Source: a virus
Lineage: Duplodnaviria; Caudoviricetes
Length of the DNA: 34,506 nt
Virus record (IMG/VR): IMGVR_UViG_3300032373_000070
Location: 1-34,506 of that record
Strand: one strand, 5' to 3'
This document shows, in pieces, positions 19,030 through 26,892 of this stretch (positions are counted from its first letter, which is position 1; each line of letters starts with the position of its first letter). The position numbers and the translations under genes were made by a program. Under the pieces are notes generated by a model. It worked only from the letters and a program-made list of their open reading frames with translations. It did no database searches and had not been told where the DNA came from.

Positions 19030-19380
19030 CCAGATTCGACAATCAAAGATAATGACAAATCTTTTTTTGGATTTAATTCTGCTATATCTAACAGGACAAA
19101 TCAACTCCTCATCCTCATAAAAAAGAGCAGAGACATAATTGTTGTCAAACAATGGGGAGCTGGTAAACCTCCCAATTTTATTGGGACATTTGATGTGATA
19201 CTGATTCACAAAAGACTCATCTGAGAAAATCATTTTTTTCATTGTGCAGTTATTGAATGAGCTGTCCCCCTCGTGGGTGGTTATGATTAATTTACCAGCG
19301 TTTATTTGAGTGCTAATTAAACACAAAAACAATATTAAAAATTTTAAAAAAGTGAATTTAGGCTCTTTTTTTTCGCTCAT
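19024..19380 (-). CDS. Exported or membrane protein with N-terminal signal peptide
   Basis: Basic N-terminus, then FLILFLCLISTQINA; four further Cys; GGAG RBS with ATGA coupling. Confidence 0.7.
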   Translation of the reverse strand: MSEKKEPKFTFLKFLILFLCLISTQINAGKLIITTHEGDSSFNNCTMKKMIFSDESFVNQYHIKCPNKIGRFTSSPLFDNNYVSALFYEDEELICPVRYSRIKSKKRFVIIFDCRIWL

Positions 19381-20054
19381 GATTTTTCTCCAGTTTTTTT
19401 GTTGTCTAAATGAGGATTGAGTCCAACTTTTTTCCCATCATTTCTCCCCATGATTATGGCGTCAATCTCGTCAAGTGTTGGCTCTCTCGCTTTTGAATTC
19501 TCATAATTGCAGATTCCAAATTCAGCCTCAACAAGCGCCTTTTTAATTACAACCAGACCTTTGCCGTCCCCTGTCTTTGACTCCCGTTCACGGACAGTTA
19601 TAAGCTCCCTTATTCGTGATTTGATGGTCATAGTAATTGAAAGTTTATATTGATAAGATGCTCCCCTCTCTGAGAATCCTTTTTCTTTGCATAGTTTGAG
19701 GATTGTGTCCCTTAAATATTCAAACATATAAGCAGCAATAATCGCATCAGCCTTAAAGCCTTTAAACCTATAGTTATATTGACCATTGTCCCACCATTGG
19801 TCAGAGTGACAATCATTCCAATCAGCAACAGAGCAGCAGAGCCAATCCTGCCACTTTTGACGCCTTTTAAGCGCTCCATTGGCTGTCTGTGTGCCAAATG
19901 AGCTGTCCTCCTTTAAATCACTGATTTTGACTTGATGTTGGTCCATTAGTTTCCGAGCCATTTTTGATGCAATTAATGCCTCCTCTGGAGTGGACCTCTC
20001 ATGAGTTGCCATGGATAAAAGTTTTTTAATTCTTTTTAATATTTTATTTTTCAT
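19377..20054 (-). CDS. DUF2786-domain protein
   Basis: N-terminal RIKKLL.MA....TPEEA..A...ARKLM..H pattern; C-terminal GR.DG..V.LN. Confidence 0.8.
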   Translation of the reverse strand: MKNKILKRIKKLLSMATHERSTPEEALIASKMARKLMDQHQVKISDLKEDSSFGTQTANGALKRRQKWQDWLCCSVADWNDCHSDQWWDNGQYNYRFKGFKADAIIAAYMFEYLRDTILKLCKEKGFSERGASYQYKLSITMTIKSRIRELITVRERESKTGDGKGLVVIKKALVEAEFGICNYENSKAREPTLDEIDAIIMGRNDGKKVGLNPHLDNKKTGEKS

Positions 20055-20117
20055 AATTTTTCTCTATTGTAAATGATGCAACAGCCGTCCATTATTGGAC
20101 AACATTTATTTATAAAC

Positions 20118-20279
20118 TTATTTAATTTTTGGCTGTTGCAGCAAAGGACAGGATTTTTTATCATCCAAATATTTATGGGAGCTGCTGATAATTACTGTTT
20201 TAAGCTCCTCATTTTTTTTTAATCGACTGTATAAAGCAGGACCATAAGCCTCCTTTGCTAATGTGTAAAAAAAGCTCAT
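20118..20279 (-). CDS. Small hypothetical protein, 53 aa (not in the ORF track)
   Basis: MSFFYTLAKEAYGPALYSRLKK...PKIK*; ATG overlaps the upstream TGA, GGAG RBS. Confidence 0.6.
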   Translation of the reverse strand: MSFFYTLAKEAYGPALYSRLKKNEELKTVIISSSHKYLDDKKSCPLLQQPKIK

Positions 20280-20602
20280 GATATTTTCTCCAGTGTTTTG
20301 ATGTCTTTTGGGTCTAAGAAATAAATATAAAAATAAGACCCTCTGTGGTTTTTGTGTTTAGTGTGTTTGATTTCTATTCCGTAGACTGCCAGCGCTTTTC
20401 TAATGTCGCTGATTCTGGTCCCTAGCTTTGAGCAAAAAATTGGGCTGACAATCACATCAAATAATTTTAATTTTCGACCTTTCATGAGTTCCTGAAAAAT
20501 CAAACTATTTTGACTTTCAATGCTTTTCCTTTCACTCTCTGTTATGTGGTCCCGAGCGAGGATTTTAAAATCCCCGTGACTCTCTTTTATATAATTAATC
20601 AT
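20276..20602 (-). CDS. Winged helix-turn-helix protein (HTH_39-like)
   Basis: SQNSLIFQELMKG.KL....KLGTRISDIRK...GIEI pattern. Start set at ATG 20602, coupled to the upstream small ORF. Confidence 0.65.
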   Translation of the reverse strand: MINYIKESHGDFKILARDHITESERKSIESQNSLIFQELMKGRKLKLFDVIVSPIFCSKLGTRISDIRKALAVYGIEIKHTKHKNHRGSYFYIYFLDPKDIKTLEKIS

Positions 20603-20724
20603 ATCTGACCCCATAAAATAAAATTCATTGCTGTTAATGCTGATATTATTACAAAATATTCAATATTTGATTTTGTTCTCAGTCTCCGATTTTTGACAGA
20701 AGTGTAAACTGCTTGATATTTCAT
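20599..20724 (-). CDS. Small membrane peptide, 41 aa (not in the ORF track)
   Basis: MKYQAVYTSVKNRRLRTKSNIEYFVIISALTAMNFILWGQI*; ATGA overlaps at both ends, GGAG RBS, hydrophobic C-terminus. Confidence 0.6.
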   Translation of the reverse strand: MKYQAVYTSVKNRRLRTKSNIEYFVIISALTAMNFILWGQI

Positions 20725-20960
20725 GATGACTCCCTTTTTTTGTAGACTTCAAGGTGTTCAGCTATCCAATTAAAATGATTGGTTAAATGGTTTTCAGCCT
20801 CTGGGCTTGTTGTAAATTCTTTGTGATATTCAGACCAGAGATTTGCTTTTGATATTGCTTTGACAATTTTGTGACGCTGTCGAGTTAACTCAATTGTCTC
20901 CTTTGGTGTTTTGCATTTTGCAGGGTTTCCAATAATCCCGATTTTATATGATTTATTCAT
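20721..20960 (-). CDS. Hypothetical protein
   Basis: 79 aa, AGGA RBS, ATGA coupling downstream. Confidence 0.7.
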   Translation of the reverse strand: MNKSYKIGIIGNPAKCKTPKETIELTRQRHKIVKAISKANLWSEYHKEFTTSPEAENHLTNHFNWIAEHLEVYKKRESS

Positions 20961-21120
20961 TTTAATTCCTGTTGTTTTGGTTAGTAGATGAGAGGCATAA
21001 TTTAATAATAATGCCTCCCATAATCGTTGTTATAATTTAGAGCAAATTTTACAGCAGACTCTTTTCCCACATTGTCTAGAGCATGAAAGTGGACTCTGGA
21101 CTGTGACATTAAAACCATTG

Positions 21121-21193
21121 TAATTAAGTGATTAACTCATTTATCCCGTTGGACATGACCCGTTGGGGGAGGTTACTGCTGACCACTTAACTA
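21121..21193 (-). ncRNA. Candidate structured cis-regulatory RNA (long stem enclosing two CCAACGGG hairpins)
   Basis: Minus-strand TAGTTAAGTGGTCAGC pairs with GTTAATCACTTAATTA (15 of 16 pairs, 3 G-U) and encloses a repeated CCAACGGG, within the largest non-coding gap of the operon. Confidence 0.45.
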
Positions 21194-21594
21194 TTGTTTT
21201 TATTTTCTTTAGTTTCAAGAGCTGCTTTGTACATCAGATTAAAACTCTGATAAGCAGCGTCAAGCTCCTTTTTTCTGCCTTTGTTGTTTGCATTGGACCA
21301 GCGGACTCTGTTGGTTTTCATTGACTGCTCCCAGTAAAGGACCTCATTGTCAATCTTGCTCCGCTCTGTGGTTTTAATCATTAGCTCTGTTTTTCCAATT
21401 AAGCGTCTGAACTGCCTTTGTAGTTCTCCGAGAGCTAACTGGTCAGAGTTTATCAGTTTGGAATCAATGGACCTCTGACCATTTAAAAGAACGTCAAGCG
21501 CCTTGGCTCTCATCTCTGTCCCGCTGGGGCTGCCCTCAATGGCTGGAGAGACTGTTGTGATTGTGTCTCCGCTAAAAATTAGATAATCGCTCAT
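21187..21594 (-). CDS. Hypothetical protein
   Basis: 135 aa, GGAG RBS, ATGA coupling. Confidence 0.75.
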   Translation of the reverse strand: MSDYLIFSGDTITTVSPAIEGSPSGTEMRAKALDVLLNGQRSIDSKLINSDQLALGELQRQFRRLIGKTELMIKTTERSKIDNEVLYWEQSMKTNRVRWSNANNKGRKKELDAAYQSFNLMYKAALETKENKNNS

Positions 21595-21869
21595 TTTAAA
21601 AGCTCCTTTAAAGCCTCAATTTTATTCTGACAGCTCTTAGCTTTTTTACCTGCTTGAGCGATTGCAAATTGATAGTCCTCGATTTTATCCTTTAATTCGA
21701 TTATTTGGTTTTTGATTAATAATTGCTCTTGTAGATATTTATTAAAATGGGTTTTGGCTTTATCAATTGAAATTCCATTGTATCTCCACTGGAACCTCTC
21801 TCCTTTGATAGTGGTTTCCAAGACCAAAAATTGTCCCTCATTATAGCTGTTTAATATATATTCGCTCAT
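21591..21869 (-). CDS. Hypothetical protein (C-terminal coiled coil)
   Basis: 92 aa, GGAG RBS, coupled on both sides. Confidence 0.75.
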   Translation of the reverse strand: MSEYILNSYNEGQFLVLETTIKGERFQWRYNGISIDKAKTHFNKYLQEQLLIKNQIIELKDKIEDYQFAIAQAGKKAKSCQNKIEALKELLK

Positions 21870-22168
21870 GATTTGTCTCCTTGTATAAATAACGTCATTA
21901 ATTGAAACTCTGAGATAATCCCAAAATGATAGGCTTTACAAACAGCCCTCCCAAATTTATCAAAAGAGTTTTTCTTGGCTGGGGCTGTGAGGCATATTTT
22001 GCCATAAGCCTGATTTAAAATCTGCTTTGCTTTAGTGCTGATTTTTCTGGGTTTTTTAACCTGTTTTGCTGCCTGTGCTACAGGTAACAAAAGGACCGTT
22101 TTATCATCCAGCATTACTTTGTTGAACTTCTGGATTTTTCCGTCAATTTCTCTGGTAACTGTTTTCAT
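21866..22168 (-). CDS. Hypothetical basic protein
   Basis: 100 aa, AGGAG RBS, coupled on both sides. Confidence 0.75.
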   Translation of the reverse strand: MKTVTREIDGKIQKFNKVMLDDKTVLLLPVAQAAKQVKKPRKISTKAKQILNQAYGKICLTAPAKKNSFDKFGRAVCKAYHFGIISEFQLMTLFIQGDKS

Positions 22169-22389
22169 GATTTAAGACTCCTGATTTGCTTTTCAATTTG
22201 GACCGCTGTTTTGTTGTCTCCACTAATCCACAATTGACCTCTTTGCCAAATCCTTATTTTATAGAGTCCCGTTTCTAATCCTTTTGTTTGATAACTGATA
22301 ACAATATAATAAGCGTCAAGCGCTCCCTCGTTAATTATAACGGTATGTTCTGAGTTGCTGTTGAACTTCATTTCTGATAGTGTTTTCAT
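22165..22389 (-). CDS. Hypothetical protein
   Basis: Start moved to ATG 22389 (GGAG RBS, ATGA overlap). Confidence 0.7.
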   Translation of the reverse strand: MKTLSEMKFNSNSEHTVIINEGALDAYYIVISYQTKGLETGLYKIRIWQRGQLWISGDNKTAVQIEKQIRSLKS

Positions 22390-22607
22390 GATTTGCTCCA
22401 ATTCGAGACAAAGTCCTCAGCGGAATCAATCAAAGCTGCAATCTCATCCCTGATATTTTCAAGGTCATTTGTCTGGCATTCAAAATCAACTCCCTTGTCC
22501 GACTCTTGCCAATTGTCGGACCTGTCCCAGAATGTGTCCTCTCTTTTGTCAATTTTTTCCTCGATTTTTTCCAGTTGTTTTTCCAGTTGCTTGATTAATA
22601 TTTTCAT
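22386..22607 (-). CDS. Hypothetical acidic helical protein
   Basis: 73 aa; RSDNWQESDKG motif; GGAG RBS. Confidence 0.75.
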   Translation of the reverse strand: MKILIKQLEKQLEKIEEKIDKREDTFWDRSDNWQESDKGVDFECQTNDLENIRDEIAALIDSAEDFVSNWSKS

Positions 22608-23098
22608 GATTTTTCTCCGCTGATTAATGACTCTAATTCTGTTTCGTATTGCTCCAAATATGTTGGCAGGTTTTTTAATTTGTATTCCAAACGAGAAACA
22701 TTTTTTTGTTTTTTCGTGTTTACAGAAATTGCTGACTGTAAATCTGAAATATTAGCTTTAAGATGTTTAATGCTATTTTTTAGGCTTTTGATTTTTCTTG
22801 GGATTTTACAAGATTCAGCATGCTCAACAATTGCTGAGGTCCTGTAAATAAGATTATGCAAATCCGTCCTCAAGCTTGCGATTGCAGCGCTCTCATCATC
22901 CGTCAAAATAGCATCAACTAAATAATTGTTATTCAATAAAATGTCCATCATTTTGGCTTTTTGGATTGTGGCTGGTTTGTCAAACTTCCATTCATTCCAG
23001 TCATTGACATATGTTTTTACAGGGGTTTTTAATGTGATTGTTTTTGAGTTGTATAATTTGCTCAATTCTTTAGCTCTTTGCTCGTCATGGTTTATCAT
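22604..23098 (-). CDS. Hypothetical protein, first gene of the leftward operon (coiled coil, not CI-like)
   Basis: 164 aa, AGGT upstream; no HTH or S24 peptidase motif recognisable. Confidence 0.75.
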   Translation of the reverse strand: MINHDEQRAKELSKLYNSKTITLKTPVKTYVNDWNEWKFDKPATIQKAKMMDILLNNNYLVDAILTDDESAAIASLRTDLHNLIYRTSAIVEHAESCKIPRKIKSLKNSIKHLKANISDLQSAISVNTKKQKNVSRLEYKLKNLPTYLEQYETELESLISGEKS

Positions 23099-23131
23099 AA
23101 TTTTTAACCTATTTGTTGTTGTTTAAGTAGT

Positions 23132-23203
23132 AGTTGAATTATTCAACTTGATTTAATTATAGCCATAACAAAGCAAAAGTAAACCTATTTTAAAGCAAAA
23201 GTA
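23132..23203 (-). promoter_or_regulatory. Divergent control region: candidate leftward sigma70 promoter with operator-like repeats
   Basis: Minus strand TTTACT-16 nt-TATAAT (-10 at 23156-23161); direct repeat AAAGCAAAAGTA at 23170-23181 and 23192-23203; palindrome AGTTGAAT-T-ATTCAACT at 23132-23148. Confidence 0.55.
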
Positions 23204-23272
23204 TAAAAAAACTATCTTTTTTCAAAAAGTTGGTTTATAGTTGTCCTCAATCAATAACCAGAGTATTAATAA

Positions 23273-23482
23273 ATGAATCCACAATCCAATATTAAAAAGT
23301 ATTTATATGCCCACGGAATGGAAAATATTTCCAAATTTGTTGGCTGTAGTATTCAGACGCTATACACATGGAAAAGACAAGGATTCGCAAGTCCTCCATT
23401 TATAGAAAAGCTTTCAAAATATCCAAATTCAATCATGACTGAGGCTGAGCTGTTGGATGACGTAAAGGTGAACAAACAATGA
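23273..23482 (+). CDS. Cro-like helix-turn-helix regulator
   Basis: 69 aa; GMENISKFVGCSIQTLYTWKRQG HTH pattern; first gene of the rightward arm. Confidence 0.75.
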   Translation: MNPQSNIKKYLYAHGMENISKFVGCSIQTLYTWKRQGFASPPFIEKLSKYPNSIMTEAELLDDVKVNKQ

Positions 23483-24579
23483 AATTAAAAATCATCAGAG
23501 AGGTTCTATTCGGTCCCTTGAGCAGTATCATCAGTGTTGTGGCTGCAAAATCCACTCTCCCAATATTGCAAAACTTTTATATTCATGCAGCAGCTGGAGT
23601 CATTACACTGACAGGGAGTGACACAGAGGTTGAATCAACTACTATTTTGAGCAACGAAATCAAACAAGACGGCTCTGCTGCTGTCCCTGCCAAAAAGCTC
23701 CACAGCATTCTCTCATTATTGCCAGACGGGTCCGTCTTAAATATCTCAACCACAGACAATCGCTGCATTATAAAAACAGGTAAAAGCAAATTCACTCTGT
23801 CCATTTTATCTGGAGATGATTATCCGCTTTTAAATGCCTCAGAAAACTACAATGATTATGAAATCCCAGCAAAATCCCTCAGGATATTGATTGAGCAAAC
23901 TGGATTTTGTATGGCAGTGCAGGACATTAGATATTTTTTAAACGGTCTCTTAATTAAGACTGACTCAGACAAAATGACTTGTGTTGCTGCTGACGGTCAC
24001 AGACTAGCTCTGTGTGAGGCTAAAATTGACAATCCAGACAATCTGTCTGACAAAGTGATTGTCCCCAGAAAAGGAATCCTTGAGATTTTAAAACTGATTA
24101 AAAACACAGATTCAACTGTCCACATGAGCATTGGAAAAAACCATATAAAAGTCAGCTGCTCTGGAGTCAGTATTGTGTCCAAGTTGATTGATGGAACTTT
24201 CCCAGATTATAAAACAGTTATCCCTGAGAATCTTGAGCGCTCAATTTTGATAAAAAAAGAGTTTTTAAAATCAGCAATTCAACGGGTCCAAATATTATCA
24301 AATGTACAATTTAAGGGAATCAATTTGGAGTTTTCAACTCATCAAATAGTTTTGAGCAGCCAGAACCCAGAGGGAGAAAACTCTCAGGATGTCATTGAGG
24401 TCAACTCCGACATTTCAAACTTAAAAATTGGATTTAATAGCTCATACCTTTTGGACGCAATCAGTGTTATAAAATCACAGAAAATCAAACTCAGTTTTAA
24501 AGATGCAACGAGCAGCTGTTTAATCACAGAATCAGACAGCAACGATTGCAGACTGGTCATCATGCCAATTAGGTTGTAA
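23479..24579 (+). CDS. dnaN: DNA polymerase III beta subunit (sliding clamp)
   Basis: 366 aa; TLPIL, QDIRYFLNG, DGHRLA, IVPRKG, SKLIDGTFPDY, IGFNSSYLLD and terminal VIMPIRL. Confidence 0.97.
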   Translation: MKLKIIREVLFGPLSSIISVVAAKSTLPILQNFYIHAAAGVITLTGSDTEVESTTILSNEIKQDGSAAVPAKKLHSILSLLPDGSVLNISTTDNRCIIKTGKSKFTLSILSGDDYPLLNASENYNDYEIPAKSLRILIEQTGFCMAVQDIRYFLNGLLIKTDSDKMTCVAADGHRLALCEAKIDNPDNLSDKVIVPRKGILEILKLIKNTDSTVHMSIGKNHIKVSCSGVSIVSKLIDGTFPDYKTVIPENLERSILIKKEFLKSAIQRVQILSNVQFKGINLEFSTHQIVLSSQNPEGENSQDVIEVNSDISNLKIGFNSSYLLDAISVIKSQKIKLSFKDATSSCLITESDSNDCRLVIMPIRL

Positions 24580-24589
24580 GGAGATAAAA

Positions 24590-24856
24590 ATGTTTACAAA
24601 AAAAGAATTAATCAAAAGTCGCAGTTTTAATGACTGGGTCAATGGTGCGATAGTTTTAATACATAATACTTATTATGATTCAAAATCTGTGTCTCCCACT
24701 TGGATTGTGGTCCATAAAAATCAAAATCAGAAATACACGGTCACTAGATTTTTTAAACTGAATAACAAAATACAAACTAGTGAGGATTATTTTAATATAA
24801 ATGACTCTGAATTGTTAAAAGTCTTAATGTCAGAATATAGCAGAGGATTAAAATGA
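24590..24856 (+). CDS. Hypothetical protein
   Basis: 88 aa, AAGGAG RBS. Confidence 0.75.
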   Translation: MFTKKELIKSRSFNDWVNGAIVLIHNTYYDSKSVSPTWIVVHKNQNQKYTVTRFFKLNNKIQTSEDYFNINDSELLKVLMSEYSRGLK

Positions 24857-25029
24857 GAAACCCAAAAAAAGAATCAGTAGTCATAGCAATGCTTTTAAGC
24901 ATGGGATTAATGTCAGGAGGGACCAACTCCTGTCCAAGTGATAAAATCATGGCTAAAAAACAAAAGAACCTACCAAAGCCAAATTTTAAAATCCCCAAGC
25001 ACAAACGGAATAAAAAAACTGGATATTAA
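24853..25029 (+). CDS. Small protein, 58 aa, hydrophobic N-terminal stretch and basic tail (not in the ORF track)
   Basis: MRNPKKESVVIAMLLSMGLMSGG...KRNKKTGY*; GAGG RBS and ATGA overlap; fills the gap to ATG 25031. Confidence 0.55.
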   Translation: MRNPKKESVVIAMLLSMGLMSGGTNSCPSDKIMAKKQKNLPKPNFKIPKHKRNKKTGY

Positions 25030-25030
25030 A

Positions 25031-25429
25031 ATGAAAAAATCAAACGCAAGAGTATTTATAATTGATGGTACTGCAACTGCAACTGTTTTGACTCATGTTG
25101 AGCATCTGACAAAAATATTCTCATTAATCTCAGAGCTACAAATCAAACTTGAAATCAGAGGGATTGACCCTGACAGATTGCTGCAAGTTTTCACCAGCTC
25201 CAGACGTATGACATTAAATAAGGTTTATCAGTCATTAATCGGGGAGCAAAGAAACGCAGAGAGAATCCAAGGAATGCAGCTCAGAGGGATTTTGATTGAT
25301 GATTCTATCAATGACACTATTTGCAAGTTTAAGAGGTTCCATGATGAGTGTATCAACGCACAACCAGCATTGACTCATAAACAAAGACAACCTTATTATC
25401 AGAAATTCAACAAAAAGCGGAGAACATAG
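25031..25429 (+). CDS. Hypothetical protein
   Basis: Start moved from 24938 to ATG 25031, after the small upstream ORF. Confidence 0.65.
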   Translation: MKKSNARVFIIDGTATATVLTHVEHLTKIFSLISELQIKLEIRGIDPDRLLQVFTSSRRMTLNKVYQSLIGEQRNAERIQGMQLRGILIDDSINDTICKFKRFHDECINAQPALTHKQRQPYYQKFNKKRRT

Positions 25430-25666
25430 ATGAGACGCAACAAAAATAAAAAATGTGGATACTGGCATCATTACAGCGAGAGAGACAGGTGCTGGATTGT
25501 TTATCTCCATGGTAGATGGTTGGCAGAATGCAGCCCAGAGTCAGCTTGCCAGATATTAATTGATAAGCACAAACTAAGAGCAGCCAAGAGAAAACTTGAG
25601 AATAAAAATCTATTGAGTAAAAAGAAATATTATGAGGATTATTACAATAATTTGTTAACTCACTAA
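25430..25666 (+). CDS. Hypothetical protein
   Basis: 78 aa, GGAG RBS, abuts the upstream stop. Confidence 0.65.
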   Translation: MRRNKNKKCGYWHHYSERDRCWIVYLHGRWLAECSPESACQILIDKHKLRAAKRKLENKNLLSKKKYYEDYYNNLLTH

Positions 25667-25693
25667 ATCCAATAATTAAAACAGAGAAATGAA

Positions 25694-26062
25694 ATGAAAA
25701 CAGAATTAGCAAAAGAGATTTTAAATGAAATGGTAAAAAATCCATTTATGTGGCAATCGTGCGAGGATGCCATTAAAAAAATATTAGAAACCATCACAGA
25801 CCTTGAGCAAAAATTGAAAGCATATGAGGATTTTGACAACGCTGGAGATGACGCTGAGTTTGAGCCTCCTCATCCAATTTTTCTAATGGCTCAGGAAAAC
25901 GACCAGCTAAAGGAATCCAACCTCGCAAAAGATAGATTATTAATGATGTTTGTTAGGGCAATGGATGGCAATGCAACTCTTGAATATAAACAAAGCCTTG
26001 TTGATAAGGCTTTAGTATTAACAAAAACAAAAGGACAGCTAACTCTGAGAGAGAGTTCTTAA
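25694..26062 (+). CDS. Hypothetical protein
   Basis: 122 aa; stop overlaps the initiator start (TAATG). Confidence 0.7.
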   Translation: MKTELAKEILNEMVKNPFMWQSCEDAIKKILETITDLEQKLKAYEDFDNAGDDAEFEPPHPIFLMAQENDQLKESNLAKDRLLMMFVRAMDGNATLEYKQSLVDKALVLTKTKGQLTLRESS

Positions 26063-26892
26063 TGTACGGGAAAATATTCACTTCAATGTATGACGGGACC
26101 TTGGCTGATAACTGGGAGGCTCTAGTCACTTTTCAGCAACTGATTGTCCTGTCAGACCCTGAGGGATTTATTGACATGACTCCAGCTGCAATCGCACGGA
26201 GGACTGGAATCCCTAAAGAGATAATTATCAAGGGATTGACGTTGCTGGAAAAAGAGGACAAGCACTCCAGAACCCACAACGAGAATGGACGCAGGATTGG
26301 ACTCATTGACGCTCACAAACCTTGGGGATGGTATATTGTCAACCACAACAAATATAGAAATATTGCAAAGGCTGAAACTGTGAGAGAACAGACCAGAAAA
26401 AGGGTCCAAAACCACAGAGCGCAAAAAGTAATTTCCAATAAAAACAACAGCTTAAAAAAATGTAACGCTGTTGGTAACGCTGAGAAACGCAAAAAAGACT
26501 ATACAGATACATATACAGATACAAATACAAAGAAAAAAACAACAAAAAAAGAATCTGTAAAAAAGTTCATTTATAAAGGAATTGATTTCAATGACCATGA
26601 CCACAGAATCACTCTGGACATCATGAAAGAATTTATTGATTATAGAATCAAGGTCAAGCGCCCACTTTCACAAGAGGCTTACAAAAGAGCTTTGATTCAA
26701 TGTATAAAAACAGCCAAAGAGTTAAACATGGATGTTGATGACATAATCACAGAATCCATGGACGCTGGTTGGATTGGAATTGGAAAACCCAACTGGATAA
26801 GAAAAAGGCTTAATATGTCAGAACCTAGAAAACCATTTAAAGAACAAAATTATAAATCAACCAAACTGGAGGATATCCCATGGATGAAATAA
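26062..26892 (+). CDS. Phage replication initiator (lambda O-type organisation)
   Basis: N-terminal HTH-like MTPAAIARRTGIP; R.RVQ.HR, DTYTDT linker and EFIDYR...K.PL C-domain; directly upstream of the DnaC-like ATPase. Confidence 0.8.
   Translation: MYGKIFTSMYDGTLADNWEALVTFQQLIVLSDPEGFIDMTPAAIARRTGIPKEIIIKGLTLLEKEDKHSRTHNENGRRIGLIDAHKPWGWYIVNHNKYRNIAKAETVREQTRKRVQNHRAQKVISNKNNSLKKCNAVGNAEKRKKDYTDTYTDTNTKKKTTKKESVKKFIYKGIDFNDHDHRITLDIMKEFIDYRIKVKRPLSQEAYKRALIQCIKTAKELNMDVDDIITESMDAGWIGIGKPNWIRKRLNMSEPRKPFKEQNYKSTKLEDIPWMK
26462..26560 (+). repeat. Iteron-like repeats and A-rich tract inside the initiator gene (candidate origin)
   Basis: GTAACGCTG at 26462 and 26474 plus partial AAACGC; ATACAN hexamer run 26501-26529; then an A-rich stretch. 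Confidence 0.55.

Noticed and set aside
23213-23241. Rightward promoter with -10 TATAGT at 23236-23241
   Set aside because: No credible -35 at the right spacing, and the region is very AT-rich, so chance matches are likely.
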